Shown here: positions 8,837-18,052 of the stretch, piece after piece
Numbering within the stretch: position 1 is the first letter of the stretch
How the letters are laid out: each line of letters begins with the position of its first letter
DNA from: a virus
DNA length: 45,959 nucleotides
Reading direction: 5' to 3' (one strand)
IMG/VR virus record: IMGVR_UViG_3300036893_000027
Translations under genes and position numbers: made by a program
Notes under the pieces: generated by a model
Database searches by the model: none
Told to the model about the DNA's origin: nothing
What the model saw: the letters and a program-made list of their open reading frames with translations, nothing else

Positions 8837-10349
8837 TGCTGGTTTGGCTTTTATGGATATGGTTATTGATCAGGTTCCAACCTTGCTGTCTGAAATAATT
8901 GGAACTAAAATCAAGAACAAAGCTGTTGATGCTATTGGTATTAAGTATAAGGGAATACCGAGGCTATTATCAGCTCGAGTTCTTGCGAAGAGAGCAGAAG
9001 ATGGTGCTTTCCTATCTGGCCCACAACAGATAGGATATGCCAAGTTTGCTATTCGCAAGGGTTTACCGGGCCCTGGTCAGAAGTATATGGCGATTGAGAA
9101 TGAACCACACACCGTTGATGATTTCAGTGGTGTGATTAAGGAGGGATATGGCAAAGGACGAAAGACCCTTGTTTGGTCCGGGCCAGCAGCAATCAAGAGT
9201 GCTGACCGCAGATGGATTGGGAGAGTTAATATCCATCTCCATAGCGCAGAACGTGCGGGAGACCACTATGATTTCGTTGCGGAAGGCGTTAGCCCAGGGG
9301 CCACGCAATTTGAAGTTAATATTCCGTCTGGTAAGTTTAGAGGACGGTACGCATTTGTGTCTCCTGACGGATTTTCAGGTGGAGAACGACTCATCACGAG
9401 GATGAAAGATCGTGGTGTATCTCTTGAGAAACCACGGTTTATCCTCAAGGATATTGACGAGCTTGTAGCATTAGATATTCTTGAGTCTCCTGATGCTGTA
9501 GTTGAGTGGAAGCCTGATGGTAGCTTGGGTAATGTTCTTATCCACGAGAACAGAGCTATTATTACCAGCCACAGGAAACAGGTTCCTTCCTATTACGATA
9601 AACTACCAGCTCTTGAATGGTTGGATAATAAGAGTCGATTGTTTACCAATAGACTCTTATTCAAAGGGCCAGATCAACAAGGGACTTTGTTGAGGGCTGA
9701 GCTATTTCATCCTGATGGAGCAGCAAGAGTTGGAGGTATCTTAAACTCTTCCCCTGATAAGGCTCAGTTATTCCAGCGTAAGAATGGGCCTGTTGTTACT
9801 TATGTTTGGGACATTGTCAAGCTCAGGGGAAGGGATGTTAGCAAACGGCCATACATAGAAAGGAGAGCAATATACGAGGATGTAGTAAAAGATATACGCA
9901 GGTATAATAAGAATTGGTTTGTTATACCTTCCGCTGACAAGAACTTTGTTTCATTCTATGAGCGGATTATCCACGATAAACGTGGTCTTCCTTGGAGTGA
10001 AGGTGTACTGATTAAAGAACACACCCACAAGACAGGTGATTCTGTCTATAAGGTTAAGTTCCGTGATACTTACGATGTCATCGTCTTGGATGTATTACAA
10101 GGCGAAGGCAAGCGTAAGGGTATGGTTGGTCAGTTTGTAGTTGATACTGGCCAGGGTGTAGGTGAAGTGGGCAGTTTTATGGCTACAGATAAGCAATTGA
10201 GATGGATGTGGAGAAATCGCAGCCTGCTCAAAGGACAGGTAGCTGAAGTATATGCCCAGGATGTCACGGAAGCTGGAGCACCAAGGGCTGGTGTGTTCTT
10301 CAGGTGGCATCCATCCAAGTCCGATGTTGCTAATTTGATGCCAAGGTAA
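8814..10349 (+). CDS. ATP-dependent DNA ligase with N-terminal LigD-type 3'-phosphoesterase-like domain
   Basis: Motif I EWKPDGS, motif III LRAELFHPDG, IV YVWDI, EGVLIKE, OB domain with motif VI-like PRAGVFFRWHPSKSD; N-terminus HLHSAERAGDHYDFVAEG resembles the LigD PE motif HxHx..HYDFRLE; probable TTG start with RBS GGAGGA. Confidence 0.8.
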   Translation: MLKDKLIDAGLAFMDMVIDQVPTLLSEIIGTKIKNKAVDAIGIKYKGIPRLLSARVLAKRAEDGAFLSGPQQIGYAKFAIRKGLPGPGQKYMAIENEPHTVDDFSGVIKEGYGKGRKTLVWSGPAAIKSADRRWIGRVNIHLHSAERAGDHYDFVAEGVSPGATQFEVNIPSGKFRGRYAFVSPDGFSGGERLITRMKDRGVSLEKPRFILKDIDELVALDILESPDAVVEWKPDGSLGNVLIHENRAIITSHRKQVPSYYDKLPALEWLDNKSRLFTNRLLFKGPDQQGTLLRAELFHPDGAARVGGILNSSPDKAQLFQRKNGPVVTYVWDIVKLRGRDVSKRPYIERRAIYEDVVKDIRRYNKNWFVIPSADKNFVSFYERIIHDKRGLPWSEGVLIKEHTHKTGDSVYKVKFRDTYDVIVLDVLQGEGKRKGMVGQFVVDTGQGVGEVGSFMATDKQLRWMWRNRSLLKGQVAEVYAQDVTEAGAPRAGVFFRWHPSKSDVANLMPR

Positions 10350-10393
10350 GGAAAGAATCCCCACCATTAAGGTGGGAGTACTGGGGGTGTAAA

Positions 10394-11005
10394 ATGAAGT
10401 ATGTAATAGCAGTAGTATTAGCATTAGTCTTTGCTTCGTATGCTCAGGCTCAGTTGCTACCACAATCTACCGTGGTATTTGTGGGGCCTGAGACTACGGT
10501 TCAGGGATATCAGCATAATACGAGGGGAACTGATGGCTATATGGCTGCTGGATTAGATTTTGAGGATCAACAGCCGATGTATGCTGCTATCGATACCACA
10601 TTCGCCAGTTATTGGTTATGGGAATATGGTACGACAGATCCAAGATCAGTTATAGTTCGGGATTTTATTCAGCCCGATCATCTGCCTGTATTACCTGGGC
10701 AGGGAATAGCTGCTACTTGGTTCAGTTTTCCCAGTCTTACAATCGGCCTCGATTTAACAGATGGGAATACACATAGTGTATCTCTTTACGCTGTTGATTA
10801 CGATGGCCAAGGCAGAGATGAGACCGTGTTAGTTTATGACACGGTTACTGGTATCTTATTGGATATGGAACGGATCCCTTATCCATTTAAGAACGGTTTG
10901 TATTTGGTCTGGAAGATCAAAGGTAATGTCACTTTTGACGTTATCTGCAATCAAGGGCCAAACGCTGTAGTCTCTGCTTTCTTCTTTGATCCCCCAGCAC
11001 AATAA
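10394..11005 (+). CDS. secreted protein (signal peptide)
   Basis: N-terminus MKYVIAVVLALVFASYAQA, a typical Sec signal with an AxA cleavage site. Confidence 0.6.
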   Translation: MKYVIAVVLALVFASYAQAQLLPQSTVVFVGPETTVQGYQHNTRGTDGYMAAGLDFEDQQPMYAAIDTTFASYWLWEYGTTDPRSVIVRDFIQPDHLPVLPGQGIAATWFSFPSLTIGLDLTDGNTHSVSLYAVDYDGQGRDETVLVYDTVTGILLDMERIPYPFKNGLYLVWKIKGNVTFDVICNQGPNAVVSAFFFDPPAQ

Positions 11006-11015
11006 GGAGGAATAA

Positions 11016-11330
11016 GTGCAACCACGGGAACATTACCAGCCCGTGATGGTTACCACTACTCTGTATAAACGGATGGTCAGAGTCGGTGCTATATGTAGCA
11101 GTTGCAGGCAGCGTGTTGCTGAGCACGGTGGTTTTAAGCCGTGTGTTGGTGCCGCTGCAGTCATCTCTACCGATCTTGTCAGAGCAGCGTGTGGTTTCCA
11201 TCGGGCTTTGAATGGAGATTCACTCAAGAAGGCTTTTTACTTCCACCTGGCTGAGACTGTATCCGAAGTAGGCTCGCAGTATTGGTGGGAGAAATTAGCC
11301 TTCAAACTTCGTGAGCTAATGAAATCTTAG
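11016..11330 (+). CDS. hypothetical protein (GTG start)
   Basis: RBS AAGGAGGAATAA then GTG. Confidence 0.5.
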   Translation: MQPREHYQPVMVTTTLYKRMVRVGAICSSCRQRVAEHGGFKPCVGAAAVISTDLVRAACGFHRALNGDSLKKAFYFHLAETVSEVGSQYWWEKLAFKLRELMKS

Positions 11331-11939
11331 CTCAAACAAGTTCCCGTAAGGGAAGGTAACAGATTATGAGCTGTTACCAGTCAACGCTGTAGGCATCAGC
11401 GGGAGGTATGACCCTGATGTAGATTATAACGCACGGCCGAATCTAATAGGTAGTATGCATCTACCATTAGATCCCGTCTAACCCTGACCAGAAGCCTACT
11501 ACTGGAGCGAAGGTACCACACCTGGGGAACTCCAAGTAGGAATAGGTGTACCACTGGGTAGAATCTAACTCAGTGGTAAAGCCTAACAGGTAGCCTGGAG
11601 GTAATGCGAACGTGGATAGTTCATAGGAGGGGTCGTTGTCCAGCGGTGGGCAACGACTGGTAGTGGAAGTCTATCTACGGTCGTTTGCTACACAGCGGTA
11701 GAGTATATTCTTGTATAGAATATACTTTTAGTCTGGTGCTACTCAAGGGTAGAGTATACCAGGTGAGTGGGATGTACTCAGTGCTTTAGGAGTACATCCA
11801 GAGTGGATTATACCAAGTAGTTGGGTACTGCTCATTGGTTTAGATATACCCAGTTATTTGGTTATACTCAGTAGGTGAAAACTACTGGGATAAGCCCCGA
11901 TTCTTTGATAAGCCCCGGCATTTTTGAAAGGAGGAGATT
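11331..11939. repeat. 600-bp ORF-free region dense in direct repeats and hairpins
   Basis: No ORF of 60 aa or more; reiterated (G)GTAGAGTATAYC, TGGATTATACC, GATATACCC and (A/T)ACTCAGTRG units; several 7-10 bp inverted repeats (e.g. GGATGTACTC/GAGTACATCC, CTAATAGGTAG..CTACCATTAG, GTCGTTG..CAACGAC). Confidence 0.5.
11903..11925 (+). promoter_or_regulatory. conserved motif CTTTGATAAGCCCCGGCATTTTT (copy 2), with adjacent GATAAGCCCCG direct repeat
   Basis: Matches 6814-6836; lies 15 nt upstream of the next gene start. Confidence 0.3.
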
Positions 11940-12152
11940 TTGGAAGAGCGTGAGCCATACACCCACGAACATCACAGCTTCACAAAGAAACTACCACACA
12001 TTCCTTGGCCATTCTGTGCCTACTGCGGGCTATTAAGATTAAGGAATTGGCTCACCGACCAAGCTGTTAAACTTGGATGTAATCACACTGATCATCCCAG
12101 TTGGAAATCTTTGGTCAAGAAAGGGGAACCAATTGGACATCATCACAATTAA
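11940..12152 (+). CDS. hypothetical protein (TTG start)
   Basis: RBS GAAAGGAGGAGATTT-TTG. Confidence 0.4.
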   Translation: MEEREPYTHEHHSFTKKLPHIPWPFCAYCGLLRLRNWLTDQAVKLGCNHTDHPSWKSLVKKGEPIGHHHN

Positions 12153-12266
12153 ATTTCCTCCGTTTTGGTGGACTTGGTTGAGACACCAATTACAAACTTG
12201 TGATTTGAATTGTGGCATATGCTACCACGAATTCTGCCAAGAAATGAAAAAAAAAGGAGAAACAAA

Positions 12267-12542
12267 ATGAAAGAGCAGAGAAATGATTTCATTTGCTTGA
12301 CCAGGGTTGAACAGGATTACACAGTATCATCAACAGAAGGAACTTTTGTCACCATCGAAACGCCTATCTACATAAGGAAGAACTCAATTTTAAACATATG
12401 GAGAACCTCTCGCACAGTTCGATACGATGGGGCAGAAAAGGAAACTGAAATAAAATTCACCAGGATCAATAGTTCGTGGCCACATTCACAACAATACGAT
12501 GTAAAAGAGACTCCAGAGGAGATCTTCAACAAGGAGAAATAA
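12267..12542 (+). CDS. hypothetical protein
   Basis: ATG 12267 with RBS AAAAAGGAGAAACAAA. Confidence 0.5.
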   Translation: MKEQRNDFICLTRVEQDYTVSSTEGTFVTIETPIYIRKNSILNIWRTSRTVRYDGAEKETEIKFTRINSSWPHSQQYDVKETPEEIFNKEK

Positions 12543-13228
12543 TGGCGCTGAAAGATATCAAACTTGATGGTAGATACTCCGCCAATATGTGGAAGGTATT
12601 AAGGCGTTTCCTTGAATCCAACATCAACCAGAAATGGAGTGTAGTATACTCTCAAATCTGTGCTGTAGCCAAGGCAGATACTTTACTTGGCAGGAAACTT
12701 CGTGAGGCCACACTTCGTGAAGTAGATGTAGAAAACGTCAATGATAGACCTTATCCAGCTGATTATTTCGTGGATGGTAAAGGCCTATTACAAAAGGGAT
12801 TACAGCGGGAATCCTGGAAGCGCAGGAAGAAAAAGAAGATGCAGACTGCTCCCATAGAGAAAATCCTATTTGTTGATGATGGATTAGATCTATGGTATGA
12901 GCTTTGCGAGACTTCCGATGGCCCGGCTGCTTCCAAATACAGCAAGAAGAGTTGGCACTGGTTTAGGGTAGAACGCAAATACCGAACCGAAGCCGTGAGC
13001 CAACACGAATATATCAATGGCAAATATATTCAGACTGGCTGGAAGGAAGTAGTAAAAGAGGACATTCACAAGTGGACTTGTAATCACAAGATGGTTGCCA
13101 AGATCAATAAGATCTGCAATAGGCAATCAAAGATACTCAAATTAACCAGCTATTACAGGGAAGGAGACAATCGTTGGACAGGCACCTGGCATATAGTAGC
13201 CACCGTCCCAGGAAAGAGTAGAAAATGA
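12542..13228 (+). CDS. hypothetical protein
   Basis: ATG 12542 overlapping previous stop (TAATG), RBS AAGGAG. Confidence 0.6.
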   Translation: MALKDIKLDGRYSANMWKVLRRFLESNINQKWSVVYSQICAVAKADTLLGRKLREATLREVDVENVNDRPYPADYFVDGKGLLQKGLQRESWKRRKKKKMQTAPIEKILFVDDGLDLWYELCETSDGPAASKYSKKSWHWFRVERKYRTEAVSQHEYINGKYIQTGWKEVVKEDIHKWTCNHKMVAKINKICNRQSKILKLTSYYREGDNRWTGTWHIVATVPGKSRK

Positions 13229-13602
13229 CACTCTCAAAGAAACAATTAGAAGACAATCCCAAGATCAAATACCGTAAATGGTTTTGGATTTGGGAGCGAG
13301 ATCTTCTGGCTTTAGCTGGGGATATATTTGATTGGCATCCAACTGATTACGAAGTTAATCAGTGGTCAAGTATGATGGATGCCTATCACAATCGTCCACC
13401 TACAGATTGGCGCACTATCTTGGACAAAGATAAGTGCGTTACCTTATGGAGACAAAAAGCACACGAGCTTGGATTCAAAGATGAAAGAATCTATGCTCTA
13501 TGGCCGCATGCCGATGCAGGCAGACATATCAAATATATGGAAAACCCCTGGTGGAAGGAGCCAGCAAATGGAAATACGGATAGTGCTACAGGTAAAACCT
13601 GA
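13225..13602 (+). CDS. hypothetical protein
   Basis: ATGA coupling; RBS AAAGAG. Confidence 0.55.
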   Translation: MTLSKKQLEDNPKIKYRKWFWIWERDLLALAGDIFDWHPTDYEVNQWSSMMDAYHNRPPTDWRTILDKDKCVTLWRQKAHELGFKDERIYALWPHADAGRHIKYMENPWWKEPANGNTDSATGKT

Positions 13603-13771
13603 CCACTTTGAAGTAAGTATATTATGCCAAGATTGTGGAGAAACCCTGCTTGAAACAAAGAACAGGACTTGGGAAGCCACAGCCTCTGGCATCAACGAAG
13701 TAGTAACAGCACACAAAGAAAATTGCTCGTTTTATAACGAAGCAAGAAATATGCTTGAATCATCTTCTTAA
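13568..13771 (+). CDS. small CxxC protein
   Basis: Internal ATG with RBS AAGGAG; LCQDCGET motif. Confidence 0.45.
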   Translation: MEIRIVLQVKPDHFEVSILCQDCGETLLETKNRTWEATASGINEVVTAHKENCSFYNEARNMLESSS

Positions 13772-13838
13772 ACAAGTTTGCATATATGCGCCAGCATTAT
13801 GCATTGTAGTAAAAATCGTACCAAACAAGGAGCAACAA

Positions 13839-14270
13839 ATGACTACGAATCGTTTTGGCAATCAGGTGCAGGTTCAGCAGAGGCCGTTCCGCAGTAACTT
13901 CTCCCGTGGTGAAGTATTGGTTCTTGCCATCGGAACATCAGGAAAGGATATATCATACGGATTTCCTCGTCCGTTTGCCAGCATCCTGGTGGAAAGCAAG
14001 AAGGGCCAGCGTTATCACATCAAGGCTGAGGGTCGGTTGTCTGAAGTCATTACCGACATTCAACCTGGGAATACCATTAGCTACACAGGAAAATGGATTC
14101 CTTCTGGAACAAAGGTTGTTGATGGAATAACAAAGCGCCGTGCTGGATTTGTTCTGGCTGGAGCTATCAACATCGTCAGCCGTGAACCGAGTGAATATTT
14201 TCTGGACTTGGTGCACGAACAGGACATTCAACGCAGGAAGGACTTGGAGTCCGAACAGCCCAACTTCTAA
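13839..14270 (+). CDS. hypothetical protein
   Basis: ATG 13839 with RBS ACAAGGAGCAACAA. Confidence 0.6.
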   Translation: MTTNRFGNQVQVQQRPFRSNFSRGEVLVLAIGTSGKDISYGFPRPFASILVESKKGQRYHIKAEGRLSEVITDIQPGNTISYTGKWIPSGTKVVDGITKRRAGFVLAGAINIVSREPSEYFLDLVHEQDIQRRKDLESEQPNF

Positions 14271-14345
14271 CTTAACCTTAACCATAACTCTAACAAATGG
14301 AGGGGTCTACTGGCCCCTCCTGTTTTACTCCCAAGGAGGAGTATA

Positions 14346-14609
14346 ATGAGCAATATGCGCTTTAATCTTTATCGGAAGGATTCTGATGAACTTGCTGAGA
14401 TACTCACAACACAAGAACTCATTGACAAGATAGATTACCTTGGGGCAGTATCTTTCAATGAGTTGTATAGTGCTGAACCAGCAATAGAAATAATAACTGA
14501 ATGCCCTCCAATCGATGAGACAGTACAAAAGTATTTGGAAAACGCAAAATGTTCTCATCCAGACAAAGACAACAAAAATCACGTACACACTCACTCTTGT
14601 GTGAACTAA
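14346..14609 (+). CDS. hypothetical acidic protein
   Basis: RBS CAAGGAGGAGTATA-ATG. Confidence 0.55.
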   Translation: MSNMRFNLYRKDSDELAEILTTQELIDKIDYLGAVSFNELYSAEPAIEIITECPPIDETVQKYLENAKCSHPDKDNKNHVHTHSCVN

Positions 14610-14761
14610 TATGGAAAAGAAGAAGCAAACTATAATGGGAGTATTCTCCTTCTTCTTTCCAGGTGGTTTTCCCATCAAAATACCACCCATAACCAAAGAA
14701 CTCAGCCCAAGGGCCAAGGCTTTTAACGATAGTTTAGTATCCAGTTTGGAGAAGAAACACA

Positions 14762-15259
14762 ATGACTCGAGCTGAGTTTATGACAAAATGGGGACAGTTT
14801 CCGGAACATAGGAAATACTGTTTCTATTGTGGGGTTCTTTTAGCTCCATTGAAACCCAACAAAATAAATGGTAGGACTAAAGACCATCTCCATCCAAAGT
14901 CAAAAGGAGGAGGACTCAGAATTCACAATGTAGTGCAAGCCTGTGTAGTTTGTAATACAGGGAAAGGATCATTCAGTCTAGAAGAATACAGGGAATGGTA
15001 CGGTATGTCTTTCTTCTCTGAATTGGTACTTGGTTGTGAATATCCATCTGAAGATCAAACCATAGATGGACAAAACCTGACTCCTTCTTTAAAGGAAACT
15101 TTCAAGAAGATGATTGACACCTGGTATTCCAAATCCAGGAACTTAATAGACAAGAAGATGGAGGGACGACACCTAACCAAAAAGCTAACCAACATCTGTG
15201 ACAATGCCAAATTAACCCTCCCAGAGGAAATGAGACAATGCAAACAATTAAAGTCTTAA
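14762..15259 (+). CDS. HNH endonuclease
   Basis: CFYCGV..DHLHPKSKGGG..HNVVQACVVCNTGKG, a canonical HNH Cys/His/Asn arrangement. Confidence 0.7.
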   Translation: MTRAEFMTKWGQFPEHRKYCFYCGVLLAPLKPNKINGRTKDHLHPKSKGGGLRIHNVVQACVVCNTGKGSFSLEEYREWYGMSFFSELVLGCEYPSEDQTIDGQNLTPSLKETFKKMIDTWYSKSRNLIDKKMEGRHLTKKLTNICDNAKLTLPEEMRQCKQLKS

Positions 15260-15750
15260 TTGTAGGTATTGTAGTCATTCTCTTTATACAACCTACAACC
15301 ATTGATAAGATTAGACTTAGCCCAGAACAACGAGCTAATCTAATCAAAGTAAATAAAGCAACTCTTTCTGCTGCCCGGATATATGCTAGGCATAGTTGTG
15401 GCATTAGATTAGCTCGACAAACAGCAGTAGATGCTATATACTATAAGGTAGATGTTCGCCTTGTAGCTGCTGTAGTCATAGCTGAGTCCAGTTGTAATCC
15501 AAGAGCCAAATCTCCTACTGGCGCTATTGGACTAATGCAGATTATGCCCAAAACCTGGCACGCAACAGAACAACAGCTGTATGATCCAAACTTCAACCTG
15601 AAGAAAGGTTCTATGATATTAGCTTACTTGATCCATATGTATGGTATAGATCAAGGAATAGCTATGTATCTTGGATCTTCCGATGAAGATGAAACAGAAG
15701 CATATGTTGACAGAGTAAAACAAATAGCAGGCTATAGGAGCGAAAGATGA
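15238..15750 (+). CDS. lytic transglycosylase (SLT domain)
   Basis: ESSCNPRAKSPTGAIGLMQIMP matches the SLT catalytic motif ES..N..A.S..GA.GLMQ; TM N-terminus. Confidence 0.8.
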   Translation: MQTIKVLIVGIVVILFIQPTTIDKIRLSPEQRANLIKVNKATLSAARIYARHSCGIRLARQTAVDAIYYKVDVRLVAAVVIAESSCNPRAKSPTGAIGLMQIMPKTWHATEQQLYDPNFNLKKGSMILAYLIHMYGIDQGIAMYLGSSDEDETEAYVDRVKQIAGYRSER

Positions 15751-16121
15751 AAATCAGTATTACCAAAGAAGAGATCAAAGAGGGAGAACCAAGGAATGGT
15801 GTCAGCTGCCCAGTAGCTTTGGCTATTACAAAAGCCACAGGGATAAAGAGAATTGCCGTAGCTGGGCCTTGGGCAGTCCTCAATGATCGAGTACGGGTAA
15901 ACTTGCCACACAATGTCTATCTAAGAATTTCAAGATTCGACAATCCCAAAGGCAAGATGACACCCTTTTCATTTGACTTACCAGACAAGGCTATAAAATC
16001 AGCTTTGTCCAAGAACACAAAGAAGCCTATCTTAGCTGAAATCTTTGCCATAAAAGGTTCCAAGCTAACACCCTTCGATTGGAAGGCAGGCAAAAAGAAG
16101 AACAAAGGAGTAAAGAAATAA
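15747..16121 (+). CDS. small protein, paralog A of a two-member family (see 39931-40239)
   Basis: MKISITKEEIKEGEPRNGVSCPVALAITKATGIKRI..PFSFDLP aligns with MKIVVSKEDIEKGRKQDGSRCPIAIATRRATGLKGI..PFSFNIP. Confidence 0.6.
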   Translation: MKISITKEEIKEGEPRNGVSCPVALAITKATGIKRIAVAGPWAVLNDRVRVNLPHNVYLRISRFDNPKGKMTPFSFDLPDKAIKSALSKNTKKPILAEIFAIKGSKLTPFDWKAGKKKNKGVKK

Positions 16122-16642
16122 ACTTTTTCTTTGACGCCAACCGCTACAACTCCATCTTCCCAGGCAAAGATAATCCAGCAAGCAAAGCGAATAACTGGTT
16201 AGCCAGCTGGAGGGATATTAATGGATATGTTCAACACGACATTCTATACGAAGCCAAGACAAATAACCAGGCTGAGTATGGAAGTATGTTAATGGTGTTG
16301 AAACATATCTATAAAGAGGGAACCGAGAAAAGATTACACCCTAACATTATACTTATTGGGGAAGATCCAGATCCAACAGATCCGGAGGAACTTGAACCAT
16401 ATGATTTTACCATCTATGGGGATAGTCAGCTTGTAATTTATCAAATGATTGGGAAATACAAAGTAAAGGAGGAAGACCTTAAACCCTTGTGGTTAGAAGG
16501 GTTAAACTTAGTACACAACTTAAAGCAGATTTTCAATGTGAACATTACCTTCAAGTGGGTACCAAGGAACACAAATAATATTGCCTTAAATATAGGCAAG
16601 AAAGGATATGAGGACAAAAATGGAACTGATAACAACAAGTGA
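16079..16642 (+). CDS. ribonuclease H (RNase HI-like)
   Basis: FFFDAN..AKTNNQAEYGSML..YGDSQLVIYQM..FKWVPRNTNNIA follows the RNase H D-E-D-D layout; TTG start overlapping the upstream gene. Confidence 0.65.
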   Translation: MEGRQKEEQRSKEINFFFDANRYNSIFPGKDNPASKANNWLASWRDINGYVQHDILYEAKTNNQAEYGSMLMVLKHIYKEGTEKRLHPNIILIGEDPDPTDPEELEPYDFTIYGDSQLVIYQMIGKYKVKEEDLKPLWLEGLNLVHNLKQIFNVNITFKWVPRNTNNIALNIGKKGYEDKNGTDNNK

Positions 16643-16943
16643 TTTAAATCCCGACCTAATCATAAATCGGGAATCTGTGATTGATCGTATTGGTAGGACT
16701 GCCAGCATATCAGCTGAGCAACACCGACCAAACTACGACAAACAAATCAAAGTAGTTAGGGAACAAGCAAAGAAAATGTGCCCTAAATACTCCAACTGCA
16801 AACAAGAAGATTGGTGCTGGCATTGTGCATCTGGACAAAATGGTGTCCTATTCAGAGGGGCCACTTGTCTGGGTTGCAAATTGATGACTAGCGATGCCTT
16901 GATACAAATAAAGGCAAGAAAAGGAGGAATGAATGTTGCTTGA
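16620..16943 (+). CDS. Cys-rich hypothetical protein
   Basis: ATG 16620 with RBS GAGGACAAAA; CPKYSNCKQEDWCWHC..CLGCK. Confidence 0.5.
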   Translation: MELITTSDLNPDLIINRESVIDRIGRTASISAEQHRPNYDKQIKVVREQAKKMCPKYSNCKQEDWCWHCASGQNGVLFRGATCLGCKLMTSDALIQIKARKGGMNVA

Positions 16944-17076
16944 TTGGTTGTTGTTAGCATTAGCCCTAATATCAGCTGGATTTCTATTAGGGTTTGGCAA
17001 GTTTTTCGGAGCGGTAGCAGCTTCTCATATTGCCGCCAAAATGGCGTACAGGTTGAAGTTTGGATCACACAGCTAG
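16933..17076 (+). CDS. small transmembrane protein (47 aa)
   Basis: RBS AAGGAGG 5 nt upstream; hydrophobic LLDWLLLALALISAGFLLGF. Confidence 0.35.
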   Translation: MLLDWLLLALALISAGFLLGFGKFFGAVAASHIAAKMAYRLKFGSHS

Positions 17077-17162
17077 AGAACAAAATCAACCCCGAAGAAA
17101 AAGAACCAGCTAAGCAGAACTAGCCAAAGGGCTAGACCTTAATTAAGAACAGGAGATATACT

Positions 17163-17591
17163 ATGAAGAACCATCATCATTCCACTTATCTTGGAGACCA
17201 GATTCCCCCGTCTCAGATGGAGGAACTGAAGAAGATTGCCAATCGTCCCATCACTCTTGAGGAGAAGCTCAAGAGGTTTGACCAGTTGGCATTGGAACAC
17301 GAATACACAGACCACTTCAGCAAGAGGAAGAGCTACCGCTGTGTATTGGGAACCTTCGTTCATCATCTGTTCAGCACCAGTATGAAGCTTCCTCCCACTG
17401 GTCGGCGGCAGCAGATTATGTATGCTCTCAAATACGCCAAGAGGTATTTGATCGAAAACCCCGAGGTTTCCATTGCCTATGCCGTTGGAATGGGAGCTGC
17501 ACAGGAACGCCGTGAATGGCTGATCACAATCGGAGATGTGACAGCTGTAGACCAAATCTCCATCTTGTCTCAGGAAGCTCCTCAGCGGTAA
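17163..17591 (+). CDS. hypothetical protein
   Basis: RBS ACAGGAGATATACT-ATG. Confidence 0.6.
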   Translation: MKNHHHSTYLGDQIPPSQMEELKKIANRPITLEEKLKRFDQLALEHEYTDHFSKRKSYRCVLGTFVHHLFSTSMKLPPTGRRQQIMYALKYAKRYLIENPEVSIAYAVGMGAAQERREWLITIGDVTAVDQISILSQEAPQR

Positions 17592-17662
17592 GAAGTGGCA
17601 ATAAAAGAGGGGTTAGGATGCCACCAGCTCCTAACTCCTCTTATTCCTTTTAAGAGGATAAA

Positions 17663-18052
17663 ATGACCGAGAACAATCAGGAAACAGCAAAGACTCAGTT
17701 TCCCAGCATTATGCTGAAAGCTGATGTTGCTGACAAGCTGTCAACTTCTGCTACCAGTGTCAGGGCTTTAGTAATTGACGAGTTGGTTCAAGCCGAGATT
17801 GAAAAGAGGAAGAAGGTAGTCCTCTCTATTCTCGGAACTATTGACGAAAAGTCAAAGGAACTCTTCAAGCTTCAGAAACAGGGAGCTGTCAACTACAATC
17901 TCAATGGCGATCCTATTGGTGAACCAGTTTTTACCAAACCCCAATTGGAAGAAATCAAGAAGGTGAAGGAAGGCATCGAGAAGATGCAGTCTGCTTTGGA
18001 CAAGGCCTTCACCAACAATGATTTCCAGAAGCTCTTTGAGCTAACAAAATGA
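17663..18052 (+). CDS. hypothetical protein
   Basis: RBS TAAGAGGATAAA-ATG. Confidence 0.6.
   Translation: MTENNQETAKTQFPSIMLKADVADKLSTSATSVRALVIDELVQAEIEKRKKVVLSILGTIDEKSKELFKLQKQGAVNYNLNGDPIGEPVFTKPQLEEIKKVKEGIEKMQSALDKAFTNNDFQKLFELTK

Noticed and set aside
11331-11939. CRISPR array
   Set aside because: The repeats are imperfect, of varying length, and not regularly spaced with unique spacers. No cas genes are present. I treat it as an iteron or hairpin region instead.
14611-14775. 54-aa + ORF in the gap before the HNH gene
   Set aside because: No RBS and a biased composition. Possible, but unsupported.
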